NCBI RefSeq assembly: GCF_000143415.4
Contig: NW_003314282.1
Coordinates: 1,135,374 to 1,199,373 of the forward strand
Direction of reading: 5' to 3'
DNA: 64,000 nt
DNA from: Selaginella moellendorffii
Taxonomy: Eukaryota; Plantae; Lycopodiophyta
Below the pieces are notes generated by a model that saw nothing but the letters and a program-made list of their open reading frames with translations, ran no database searches and was not told the origin of the DNA. Below are positions 22,080-34,569 of this stretch, one piece after another (within the stretch, counting starts at the first letter, position 1; each line of letters opens with the position of its first letter). Made by a program: the position numbers and the translations under genes.

Positions 22080-22950
22080 ATGGCGAAACAGCCCCTGCCG
22101 CTGCATGATCCAAATCTGAGGTGTTGTGTTAACGCTGTTGGAACAAGCCATGTCCTAGTATTGTTTGTGTCAAGATCTAATCGATTTGTCCATGCTTTCT
22201 TCTAATGTCTTCCATTTTACTTTCTTTTCTTCTTCTAGAACGCTTCAACTCTTGGTGTCTTTTCTTGCTGTTTTCATTCTTTTTTTAATTTGGTTTTTGC
22301 AATAGAACGCTTCAACTCTTGGTGTCTTTTCTTGCTGTTTTCATTCTTTTTTTTTTTTTCCTCTAGATTGGAGCTCGCTCGATGCATTGATGCATTGCAG
22401 ATGCTTCGTGTGCCGCCAACGTTGCATGCTTACAAACTTGTAACAATCGACCACCAAGTGCCTTGAGATTTTGTGCAGTTATTTGGAATCTAGAGGGGAT
22501 TTTAGGGCTTCTTTGTGTATGGGGAGGAGGCGACTGGAGCTGTTGCCGGGGTTGCCACCGTCGTGTTTGATACCAGTTTCTTCAACGCTTGAGTCGCCCA
22601 AGGATACCATGAAGACGCAGGAGTGCCGAAGTCTGTTTGCTTCGCTCGAAGAAGTCCGAGACACTTCAAGGCACCCAGGAGAGAGAGGAACCGGATCCGA
22701 GAGGAGGCGGAGAAAGAGGCTGTCGACAGAGCCCAGAGGAGTGTACAATCAGTCCCTGGCGCGATTGATATGGAAAAACATGACCAGGCTGTGGTTCTTT
22801 TCTCTCCTTTGCAAGCAGCATTTCTTCACATTGAACTCCAGCCGACAATGGTCGAAATCGTTTCGTTCATCAGTACAAGAGCACTGCCAATGCTTTGCTC
22901 ACCATCGCGTGATTAGAGGTCTGATTTATAACATACAATCGATTGTAAGA
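22080..22950 (+). pseudogene. Degenerate gene-like fragment (telobox, ATG, duplicated microexon/intron, short coding-like stretch)
   Basis: tagggttt then ATGGCGAAACAG..; duplicated ag|AACGCTTCAACTCTTG|gt unit; no recognisable domain. Confidence 0.25.
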
Positions 22951-24516
22951 GTCTGTTAGGTGTGAAGCATTCATTGTGGAAGAAAATATGCAACACAGCT
23001 AGAGCAATTGTTCATAATCATCTTACAGCTTTGATCTAGAAAGATATTGGGCAAGCTGCTTGGTATGGGCAATGGTGAATGGCAAGGTGTTGGGAATGGT
23101 GAGGATTTAGGCTATGAGGATATTGTGAATTGTTTTGGATCAGGCTTAATATTTGCTATCCACAGATAGTGAACATCACAAATGATGCTAGAACAGTTGC
23201 ATGGATTTTAATGTTGCTCTAGAGACATCAATCTTTTATTGATAATGTGAGGATAAAAAAAAAGTTTTGTTAACTAGGCAGCTTATGCTGGGCAAGTGCT
23301 AGTACAATAATATATTTTTAAAATTTTTTTAGTTATTCCATACTTTACATACATTGATATTTTTTATTTATTTCTTTTTACTATTAATTTCTGAATATCA
23401 AATAATTTTTAAAAAAACTTCTAATGGATTTACCACATTAAACATTTGATAGTAAAAAAATCTTTTAATAATTAATATAAATTGTAAGTAATGACAGAAA
23501 TAGTAACACACACACACATAAGGTTTTGTTTCAACCAATAGTTATTTAGCACAACTTTGAGTATATATTAGGTGTTGTGAGAGAAGAAAAAAATTTAACA
23601 CATGTAACATGCACATTTATGAGAGAATCAAAATAATGCTCCTTGCTCCTTCAATTCCATTCCCACTAAACAAGGCCACTTTATGATCTTTGCCAACAAG
23701 GCAACTTATGCTAGTATATGTATATAAAATATATATTAACCACCAAAGTTTATATTTGTTGTTTATTTGATCAACTATCTGTTATCATCTGTATTTTTGT
23801 TGGAAAAAGTTTTATTAAACATCTTATCTGTGGTTTTAATTAGAATTGCAAAATTATACATTTCAAGAACATTAATATCATGGATGAGGTTGAAGGCACT
23901 TATATTTGGATAAGGTGGGGAGGTGTATGCATGAGCCTAGATGAGAAGAGATTAGTGTAGTGATGATAGTGCATTCCATCTGGCATGGAGTGCTCTCCTT
24001 GATATCCACATGATCAAATACTGAGGTATATTTGCAGAAAATGTTTGTATAGAAGAATCCAGAAATATTTACCAACACTCATATTTGCATTCCATGGAAC
24101 TTCCAGCCAAAACTCTTGCCAAAAACCTTGTCTAAAACCTCCACCTTCAGAAGGATAGTAGCATCGTCATACAGAGTCCAAGTCTGGGCTTTTGGCGAGA
24201 CAACCATGGGCAGCCACCACAAACTTTTGCTCGTGTCCTCTCTCAGGTTACCCAATGGAAGAACAGCCCCTTCCTCAATTAAAGGCAAAAAATTCGGTGA
24301 GACAAACAAAACCCTTTAATTGATTTTACTCTATCAATGCTTCTTGGTTTAAATTTGGGGGTTTGGGTTGTTTAATTAGGGTTTGGGTTGGGTTAATTAG
24401 GGTACACGCGGCTGCCACCTCAGACTTGTGCTTCAATAAAAGTATCCGGAGGAGCCCTAGATTTTAGATTTTGGCGCGAATTCGAGCTCCTCCTAGGGCT
24501 TGGTGTGGGCGGCGGG

Positions 24517-25080
24517 ATGTCTCTTCTTGTCAAGAAGCTCTCGGCGTGCGCCATTTTGCCGTCCAGAGGCTCGGCGCTCGCCGCCGGCTACGATCTCTCC
24601 AGGTTTGGGCAGCTCTCGCGTTCATTCTCGCGTTCTAAAGCTTCGATTTTGGGGGCGGCAGTGCGTATGATAGCGTTGTTCCTGCCAGAGGCAAGGCGCT
24701 TATTCAAACCGATCTCTCGGTGGCAATTCCGGAAGGAACTTATGGCCGCATTGGTGAGCAAATCCTCTCCTCTTCATGAAAAGAGAGATCAAGGCTAAAG
24801 CTTTTTTTCTTTCGCAGCTCCACGCTCTGGACTGGCATGGAAGCACTCGATCGACGTGGGCGCTGGTGTTATAGACGCCGACTATCGCGGACCACTCGGT
24901 GTCATCCTTTTCAATCACTCTGACACGGAGTTTTCGATCAAAGCCGGGGATCGGATTGCTCAGCTCATACTGGAGAAGATTGTCACTCCTCCCGTCCTGG
25001 AAGTCGAGGACCTGGATCTCACCGTCAGGGGAGCTGGAGGATTTGGCTCAACCGGAGTGACCCTCAAAGTTGTTGCTTGA
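24517..25080 (+). CDS. DUT: dUTP pyrophosphatase
   Basis: [45 protein letters not shown]; 2 introns. Confidence 0.96.
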
Positions 25081-25197
25081 GAATCGATCGAACACTAGTA
25101 AGTTTCTCTTTGCAAATTCTTGTAGCTCAAGGGATGTTTGCAAAGTTCGTTCTTTTGTCTATTGACAGATGAGATGAAGCGAAGATAAATGGTTTCT

Positions 25198-27427
25198 TTA
25201 TTTCCCTGGTTTGGCCCCTGTGAGCTTTTGTAGAAGGATCTCCTCGTAGCCCGGATCGTAGTACTGGACAACTTCTTTGGGATAGCTCGCATTCACGCCG
25301 TCCACCAGGCTCTTCATCTCTGGATCCGGCCCGAAATTCATCTGGAGCAGCTTCTCGAGGCCACCCGACGTGACAAACTTCGTTCTTCCCTCGGGATCGT
25401 TTGGAAGAACCTTTGCGAGCTGCGCTATCACGTACTTCAATGTCTCGATTGGCAACGGTGGCCCCTGGAGAGAGAGCTCAAGAACAGTAAGCTGAGAGGA
25501 AATAGTTTTTCAAACAGCGTTACCTGGAGAAGAGAATCTAAAGCCGGGATGTGAGTCAGGTGCTCTATGATCGCCTTAAGAGCTCTCTTGCACTTGCTAC
25601 GAAGATCTTCGCTGCTTGTCTCGGCCAAAAGTCGGGTGACCAGCTGGGGAAGAACTCCGGCTTCAGCAACGGCGAGCGAGTGAACCGGACTGTGCCTTCC
25701 GACTTGTCCGAGTGACCACGCACTGGCACTTTGGATGTGATCTTCCTGCTCGTTGGTGAGAGCGTCTACCAGTGGCTTTACACCGTTGGACTGGATGATG
25801 GTTGTAGACAAAGACTCGTCAAAAGCCGCAATATATCCCAAAGCCATGATAGCTGCGCATAAACGAAGAAAACTTTATTGTATACGGACAACAAGCCTTC
25901 AAGATTGCGAGAACAAAGCTTGTACCTGGTAAGCGATCATTGCCTAAACATTCGGCACAGTTATCCACTAGTGCTGCAACACCACCAGTGGAGACGATGA
26001 ACTGTGCCATTTGCGGTGTGTGCTTGGCAACTTCTCTCACGACAATGGCCGCTTGCCGTCTTACTTGGTGATCTATATCTTTTAGACACAAAAACAGCTT
26101 GGGGAACAGCTCCGCTGCAAGTAAAACCTGTAAGAAACCGCAGGGTTGCTGTTGAGATCTCAACTGGTCTGTGATAAAGATCGTACCTCAGCAAGATCGA
26201 CCGTGTGTCTAGCGATTTGGCCCAGGCACAAGCAAACCTGAGAGATAAAACAAAGCGACGAGACGCGCTTAGACTAAAAACTGAAGAGAAGAGTTCTTAC
26301 CCGACATTAGCTGCGATGAAGAAAAGCCTTAGAAGCAAATTACCTGCCTCTTGATCTTGGCGTCAATATGTACAACGAGAGGAGCAATGAAAGGAACAGT
26401 GCCAGCATCAACCACGAGCTGTGCAAGCTCCGGTGCATGCTTTGCGATGTCTGCAAGAGCAGCCAAGGCTGCACGTTTTAATATAAGTTCCGGCTCCTGA
26501 CAGCATACAAAAGAAGAAGAAGAAAACTTTACGGCATATGTGGAAGCGAAATAGATGAATATCGCACCTGGACACAAAGAACAAGGAGCGGGACGGCACC
26601 GGCATCCACAACAGCCCGCGCAAGCTTCACGTTGTGTTTGGCAACATTACCCACTGCTGTAGCTCCAACTTCCTTCACCGAAGGATCAAACTCCTCGAGG
26701 CATGAGACCAAGTCCTCCAAGGCACCGGATTCAACGACTGCCTGTGCAAGCTCGGCATTGTGTTTAGCCACGGAGCGTAACACAGATGCCGATGCCTTCT
26801 TGCTATATCTATTTTGGTTCCTGGCAAGAGCAGAAAAGAAAAACACTTCTTAGTTCTTGGTAAGAAGAAAAGAAGCTCACACTAGAAAGACTAGCAGCTA
26901 GAAAACTCAGCAAGAGAAGTGGAAGACTGAGAAGAAACCGAGGAAAAAACTTACTTCAAGGACAAGACAAGCTGGCGCAAGAAAAAAAAAATCTTAGTTT
27001 TTAGAAGGATAAGAAGAAAAGATCACGCTTGAAAAACTTAGAAAAATCAGCAAAAAAACTGAAAAGAAAACTTACTTCAGGGAGAAGACAAGCTGGACCA
27101 GGAGATGATGCGACACAACCTCCTCCGCCATGTCTTCGCTCCAATTGGCGAGCCTTCCCAATCCCAGCGCCGAGGTTTGCTGGATTGTGGGAATGGAATC
27201 GATCAACAAGGGGCGCAGCAACTCCAGGACCCCAGCCGTGTGAAGAATCTCCACATTCTAGAAGCCACAAGGCGAAACGCGTGATCTGGGTGCCCCAAAT
27301 CAGGGTTTGATGGATCCGAGCGCCAAACCTGTGCATTGTTGGACAACTCAGCTACCGTCTGGGAGAATGTGATACGCGCCTTCTGATACGACTCGAGAAT
27401 CTGGAGGACTTGCCTCGTCGTCGCCAT
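25198..27427 (-). CDS. SPAG6: Sperm-associated antigen 6 / PF16, axonemal central-apparatus armadillo-repeat protein
   Basis: RQVLQILESYQKARITFSQTVAEL, LLRPLLID..IQQTSALGLGRLAN, CLEEFDPSVKE, FVTSGGL, terminal YYDPGYEEILL. Confidence 0.93.
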
Positions 27428-27574
27428 AGCCGCACAGCCAATCTAAAGCATCGCGCCGCGATTCGAATTTCCCCCCTGCGGGCAAATGAAAATAGTTAGG
27501 GCAACTTTATAGGGCTGAACTGGAAGCGGACACGTGGAAGAAGATTATCTTAAGAAAATCGATTAGCATAACAA

Positions 27575-27648
27575 GCTCTTTTAGCTCAGTTGGTCAGAGC
27601 ACCCGTTTAGTAAGCGGGAGGTCCTGAGTTCGACTCTCAGAGAGAGCA
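27575..27648 (+). tRNA. tRNA-Thr(AGT)
   Basis: Cloverleaf GCTCTTT...AGAGAGC-A, D arm TAGCTCAGTTGGTCAGAGC, anticodon arm CCCGT-TTAGTAA-GCGGG, T arm GAGTTCGACTC. Confidence 0.95.
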
Positions 27649-27711
27649 AAACACATTCATTGACGTTTTAGGGTTTTGGGTTTGGCGCGAACCCTAGGAG
27701 CTCGGTGAGCG

Positions 27712-28216
27712 ATGGCGGTAAGCGATCGATGGTGCTGCGCGTTTTCTCGGCTGATTCTCTGTCTCTTTTTCTCGATTTCTTGCAGACCGTGCCTGTGAAT
27801 CCCAAGCCGTTTCTCAATGAGCTCACGGGGAAGGCCGTCATGGTTAAGCTCAAGTGGGGCATGGAGTACAAAGGTAAACTCGCAATGCTGTTTCTTCTCA
27901 TTGTCTTCTAACACAAAAAAATCTGGTCTTTCGCGTGGCAGGGTTCTTGATCTCGGTCGATTCTTACATGAATTTGCAGGTTTGCTCTAGCTTTGGTCTA
28001 TCTTTGGTAGGATTGAAATTCGTGTTTCTTTCTTCGCAGCTGGGCAATACGGAAGAGTTCATCGATGGGCAGTTCGCAGGAAATCTGGGCGAAGTGCTGA
28101 TAAGGTTTTTCCAAGTTTTTTTCTCCTCTCGGAGGTTTGATCGTTTTGCTTCTACCAGGTGTAACAATGTACTCTATCTTCGTGGAATTCCGGAAGAGGA
28201 AGAAGGCTCTCAGTGA
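27712..28216 (+). CDS. SmF: Small nuclear ribonucleoprotein F (SmF)
   Basis: [70 protein letters not shown]. Confidence 0.95.
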
Positions 28217-28225
28217 GAATGGAAG

Positions 28226-28444
28226 ATGGTGTAAGAATTTTGCTTGACAAAATTTTTCCAAGCTAATCTTTTTTGTTCCAAGTGTTTGATTGTTTCCAAA
28301 GGCAAATCTGCATGGGCAGGGTTTTAGGGGTTCTTGGATATTTTTTGCCCTTTAGGAGGAGTGATGCGATGGAAGAATTTTGCTTGACAATATCTTTCCA
28401 AGCTGGGGTTTTAGGGGTTCTTGGATATTTTTTGCCCTTTAGGG
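28226..28444 (+). repeat. Short imperfect tandem duplications between SmF and the next gene
   Basis: aagaattttgcttgacaa..ttccaagct occurs twice and ggggttttaggggttcttggatatttttgccctttagg occurs twice. Confidence 0.7.
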
Positions 28445-28465
28445 TCTGTTAGGGTTTATGCGCGA

Positions 28466-29482
28466 ATGGAAGGCGCGACGAGCGGCGGCCATGGAGACGA
28501 GGCGGCCGCCACGGCCGCCGCTGCCAGTGCCGCTCTCGTCGCCGCGCGCGTTGTCAAGCCCCAGGAGGTGCTGGAATCGCTCATGAACGACGGCACATTC
28601 GACGCTCTGCGCGGCAAGGTCACGGCCCAGCTCAAGAGCAATGTAAGAGCAAAATTCTCGTGAAATTTCGTGCTCAGCTACCGAAATTCTCCAGGAAGAT
28701 CTCAAGCGATACACGCAATCGCTGGTGGAGAAGAGCCAGTGTCTCAACAGCCCCGGGGCGGACAACAAAACGCGGCGGGAGCTCTTTGATGCGCTGCGCC
28801 GCGAGCTCGAGTAAGTGAATCGTTTCCATCTTTGCCGATAGGAAGAAGAAGAAGAGAATTAAAACCTTTCATCTCCAGGGGTCCTGTTCTTGACAGAGCT
28901 TCCAAGGCAGCATGGGAGCTAATCCTCTCGAAAGAGAACTTGGGCAAGGAGATTGCCGAGGCTGTGGACTCGACTTACAGCAAACTTAGCACGCAAACGA
29001 TCGAGGAAGAGAGAGCGCCATCGCTAGAGAGACCCAGCAACGATCATGGCACCGAGAAGAGCACGCCATCGCAGGAAAGAGGTGATTTGCCAGGAGCTAG
29101 CAAAGGATTGAATGGGCATGGTGGCTACTACCACCCGGGAGGAAGCGCTTCGAATGGCCGGGAGGGGAGCTTGAAAAGGGATAGAGATCAATTGGAAAGG
29201 ATGGACAGGGAGCGAAGCAGCCGGATGCCGCTGGAGCGAGAGAGCTCCCGGGACAGGGATCGAGAGTTCTCGCGGGATAGAGATTATCCCGAGAAGACGA
29301 GGAGCAGGGATAGAGATCTATACGAGCGCCGGGACGCTGCGAGAGAAAGAGAGAGGGAGCAGCACCACTTTGGTGGTGGAAGATCTTCCTATGATGGCCA
29401 GGATTTCTCCAGGGACAGGGAATTCTCGCGGGAGCACAGTGGAAGAGATTTCTATGATTCGAGGAGAATGCCGCGATCGTGA
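28466..29482 (+). CDS. BOD1/Shg1 (COMPASS) domain protein with RD/RE-rich tail
   Basis: VLESLMNDGTFDALRGKVTAQLK, SQCLNSPGA..TRRELFDALRRELE, VLDRASKAAWELI. Confidence 0.8.
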
Positions 29483-29756
29483 AGAACACACTGCTGGAGT
29501 AGTGTTGTAAGGCTTGGCAAGCTTGGCTATGGTGGACGTTTAAATTATGCTAATGAGATTGAATTGGTTTATCCATTTGTATGGTGCAATCCAACGCATG
29601 CGATCGTTCCACGTGTGCTAATTGGCATCCGACGGTAAAGAGAGGTTTTTGCCTTAAAAAGCTTGTCACGCGAGCGTCATGGAATGCTCGTTGTGCGGAG
29701 CTCCGGCTAGGGTTTATCACGCGCCAAGAGGGAGAATGCTCCCGGCATAGTCGAGT

Positions 29757-31137
29757 ATGGCGAAATCTCTGCTCGCATTGGGCTCCAGGCACCAGCGCCG
29801 GCTCTATTCGTCGACTTCGAAGCTCACGCATCATGGAATCCATGTCTTGCAGTGCCCGGTATGTGATTATCGCGAGTATTTCCAGGATCTTCAACGCGAT
29901 TGTTCCAGGATCAAGTGGGAATTGTTGCAAGGATATCGGATTGCATCTCTGGTCACGGCGCGAATATCACAAGCACGGACATTTTCGTGGACATGGACTC
30001 CCGCGATGAGCCGGTTTTCAATTCACGATGGTAAGAAGCAACAATCTCTTTTTGTCCTTTCGTGAAATAGGCAGGAGGAAAATTTTCTAGTGGCCGCCAT
30101 CACCCAGTCAGTTTTCTTTTAATCCCGTGCAGTGGACGCGGGAGGAAATGGAGAGCTCGTTCCAAGAGATTGGGAAGCAATTCGTAGGGAAATCAGTCGT
30201 CAGTGTTCCTGGGATGGACAGGGATATGAAAGTCGCCGTCTTCGCATCTTTGCAGGTAAATCAATCGTTTTTTTCGTGCTATAATAGAAGAACACGTTCT
30301 AAAACTCAATGCGTTCCAGGATCACTGCTTGGTAAATCTGCTCCATCGCTGGCAGGATGGAATGCTTCCAGTGCAAATAGAATGCGTGATAAGGTAAGCT
30401 CGCAAGCGTGAGAATCGATTCGCTATCGTGTTTTACGTGGTTTTTTCGACAGTAACCATGCTCGAGGGGAAGATACTCACATATGGCGCTTCTTAAAGCG
30501 TCACGGCATTCCATATCACTATCTTCCAACAACGAAGGCGAACAAAAGGGAGGACGATATATTGGAGCTTGTTTCCGGGACAGATTTCCTGGTTTTGGCT
30601 CGATACATGCAGGTATTTCCAAACTCTCTCAAGCGAAGAGATCAGGTTTTTCTTTTCTGTCAGGCAGATTCTCTCTGGTGATTTCATAGCTCGCTATGGG
30701 AAGGACATCATCAACATCCATCACGGATTGCTACCATCTTTCAAGGGCGCCAATCCATACAGACAGGTACCAAAAGTCTCCTTCATTCTTCCACTCGTTT
30801 ACGCTTTGTTCTCGCAGGCTTACGAAGCTGGAGTGAAGCTGATCGGTGCCACAACGCACTTTGTGTGCGAGGAACTGGACGCTGGACCCATAATCGAGCA
30901 GATGGTAAGCACCAAGTTGCTAGATTTGCCTGCCAGAGTTTGCGAGTTTCCTGACAGTGAATCGATGATCAAACAACGCAGGTGGAGCGCGTCTCACACC
31001 GTGACACACTGGAAAGCTTCGCCATGAAATCCGAGAGCCTCGAGAGACAGTGCCTGGATCGAGCGATCAAGTACTACTGCGAGCAGCGCATCTTGCGATA
31101 CGGTCGAGACAAAACAAAGACGATTGTCTTTGCGTGA
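29757..31137 (+). CDS. PURU: Mitochondrial formyltetrahydrofolate deformylase
   Basis: Mitochondrial-like presequence, ACT domain [58 protein letters not shown]. Confidence 0.93.
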
Positions 31138-31166
31138 TAGAAGAAAACGATAATAAAGACGCCAAA

Positions 31167-34011
31167 ATGGCTTCTTGTATAGCATTTGGATTCTCTGCCT
31201 CGAGCGTCTCGCGGAGAAACCCTATCGCGCGGGCCATCGCGTCGCCCAGCCGGCGCCAGGTGATCGCATTCCATCTCGGCCTTGGTCTGTGCTGCCGCGG
31301 AGGATTGGAGCTAGTTGCCGCCTTAGCAGCTGACGGATCGACCGGCCGTGTCGCAGCGATGATTCCACCGGTAGCGCCTCGGCTCAAGCAGGAATTCGAG
31401 CTCTTCGGCGATTCTCGGGAGGATTTCTACTTCTGGCTTAGGGATGACAAGCGCGCGGATCAAAAGGTACTGGATCATCTCAAGGCCGAGAATGCGTACA
31501 CGGAGCAAGTCATGGCAGGCAAGCCTCATACATTGCATTGCTCGCGCTTATCTTCTTCTTTGCGCAGACACGAAGAAGTTCGAGGAAGAAATCTTCGCGG
31601 AGATGAAAGGGAGAATCAAAGAGGATGATACGAGTGTTCCTGTGAGAGATGGGCCTTACTTCTACTATGAGAAGGAATTGGAAGGCAAGCAGTACAAAGT
31701 CCACTGCCGGAGGAAAATTCCTGGAGGTGAAGGCCCGGGCTCGATTGACGAGATCATGGACGAGGCTCAAGAGGAGGAAGTTCTTCTAGACGAGAACGAG
31801 AAAGCTGCCTCTCACAAGTTCTACACTGTGGGGGATGTCCAAGTAAGTTTTCTTTTCTAGCTTTTATTTGGTTTGTATATGCGTGGTTTCTTCAGGTGAG
31901 TCCAGACCACACGAGATTGGCTTACACCGAAGACACTAAGGGGGATGAGATTTTTAGCATCTACGTCGTGGACATTGCGAGCAAACAGCTGCTGGGACCT
32001 GTTCTTAAGGGTGCTGTCGAAGATATCAAATGGATTGACAACGAGTCGATAGCTTACGTGACTCAGGATGATATTCATCGCCCTTACAAGGTCTGTCAAA
32101 TGCTTTTCTTCTGTGTCTTTCTCATTGGAGACTCGTGCTTTTGCTAGGCTTGGTATCACAAGATTGGAAATGAACAATCGGAGGACGTTTGTCTCTACCA
32201 CGAAGAAGATGAGACGTGCTTTCTGGACATGGGTTCGTCGGAAAGCAAAGAGTATACGTTTGTGCACTCCGGGACTAAGACGACGTCTTTTGTTCTCTAT
32301 CTGGAGAACAAGAGTCCGGTGAAGGAGTTGAAGTACTTGACGCCACGCGTTGAAGGTGTTGATACGAGTGCAAGTCATAGAGGAGAGCACTTCTTTATCA
32401 CCAAGAGGACAGATGATACTTACAACTCCGAGCTTTATGTGTGTCCTGTCAATGACGTTTCGTCCACAACGCTGGTACTCCCTCACCGGCCGAGGTTTGT
32501 TCGACCTTTGACGGATCTTCGTGACTCATACTATTGTCTTGCAGTGTTAAACTTGAGGAGGTTCAGGCTGCAAGGGATCATCTGGTAGTCTATGAACGGG
32601 AAAATGCCTTGCAGTCCATCACAGTTTTCAAACTACCTCCGGCAGGAGAGCCGATCACTAGCCTGGATCAAGGTGTACGGATAAAGTTTCCAGAGGCTGC
32701 GTATGCGTTGTCGCCAAAGGAATTTCAGTTCAACTCGCCGATTCTACGGTACCAATATTCCTCCTTGTCAACACCTTTTTCTGTTTATGACTATGACATG
32801 GAAACTGGAAAGTCGATGCTGAAAAAGAGGCAGGAGGTAATCCAGCTATTGTATTCTGGTTGACGTTTACTAAAACTTTGTGTGTTTTTCAGGTTCTTGG
32901 CGGCTTCCAGCCTGAGAAATATGTAACACTACGCAAATGGGCAACTGCACAAGATGGCACGCAGGTGCCGATTTCTATGGTTTATCGAAAGGACCTTGCA
33001 AAACTAGACGGCTCTGATCCACTTTTGCTTTATGGATATGGTTCCTATGAGGTATTCCTTTTTTCACTCTTTCCTCCGACACCCTGTTACTTTTTCTTTT
33101 GTCCTCGTACAGGTCTGCATTGACCCTGATTTCAGAATGCATAGGTTGTCACTAATAGACCGTGGCGTAACCTTTGCAATCGCTCACATTCGAGGCGGGG
33201 GCGAATTGGGAAGGAAATGGTACGAAGACGGAAAGCTGACTAAAAAGATGAACACATTCGAGGACTTCATTTGCTGCGGCGAGTACCTCATTGCAAACAA
33301 GTTTTGTGCCAAAGACAAGCTTTGCATTCAGGGGAGAAGTGCGGGTGGTCTTCTCATCGGCGCGGCTCTCACCATGAGACCAGATCTGTACAGATGCGCA
33401 GTCGCGGAGGTGCCTTTCGTAGATGTTCTAACAACAATGCTGGACTCGTCGATTCCTTTGACTACTGCTGAGTGGGAGGTGAATATTTGATCTTCGCGTT
33501 ATATTTTCTAATCATTTTCTGTCCAGGAATGGGGAGATCCACGTAAAAAGGATGACTATTTGTACATGAAATCCTACTCCCCAGTTGACAATGTGATTAT
33601 GAAGCTTTACATTTGTTTTCCACTGCTGAACGGGTTCACTTACAGGTCTTGCCTCGTGAGTATCCAGATATTCTTGTAACCGGAGGACTTCATGGTGAGT
33701 GGCTTGATTTCCGTTGCTTCAATTTTGTAAACACTCTCGCGACAGACTCGCGAGTTGCCTACTGGGAGCCTGCAAAGTTCGTCGCCAAGCTGAGAGAAAA
33801 CAAGACGGACAAGAATCTACTGCTGTTCAAGTGTGATTTTGGAGCTGGACACTCCTCGATGTCTGGAAGGTACGAGAATTATAAGAAAAGCTTAGCAACA
33901 TCCGCTTACTCCATCCATTGCAGATTTGACAAACTCAAGGATCTAGCACTTTCTTATACGTTCATTTTGAGAAGCTTGGGCCTGGCGACCAGGAGCACTT
34001 CTTCTCTATAG
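31167..34011 (+). CDS. Oligopeptidase B / protease II (S9A) with N-terminal targeting extension
   Basis: REDFYFWLRDD, LKAENAY, YGYGSY, HIRGGGELGRKWYEDGK, GRSAGG (catalytic Ser), DSRVAYWEPAK, GAGH. Confidence 0.94.
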
Positions 34012-34569
34012 GTATTCTGCCACTTTTGATGGGTAAAACGATTTTCGTTATAATCAATGGCACTAAAAGCCAATTTTTCTTGCGAGCTGCTTCATTCCTT
34101 GTTTAGTAGGGAAACTTCTGTCAACCAGCTTCCATTTTGCTCCAGCGTCTTTTCGTGATTTTACAGATTGGTGTTATTTCGCTATTCATACCACCTAGAT
34201 CGACTCAGAAGGTACTGGATCTTTTTGCGTTGCTCGTCACGAGATCTTCACTCTGTTTTGCTTGTGGGAAGAATATCCGAAGGCAATCGTCATGCGTCCC
34301 TTTCTCCTGCAAACACGAAGTGTGAGAGATGGGCTTAATTTGATGGTGAAGGCCACTAGGCCTGATGAGACTTCTATGTAATGCTTCCAGGTTTGTCCGG
34401 TTTATAACAGATTGCTATTTTATTTCGTGGCTGATAACTTCTTTCGTTTTGTGTCCTATTTTTCTAGTACCAGACTTGAGGTTCAGGCTCCAAGATTTCC
34501 TTAAACTTGAAGGTTGTACTCGAAGGTTTCTCGTTCATCTGTTTTAGCTCCTGAGCACTCTTGCTACAG

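Noticed and set aside
23878-24309. Two in-frame minus-strand ORFs as a gene
   Set aside because: Separated by a stop, no ATG start and no recognisable domain; at most a decayed remnant
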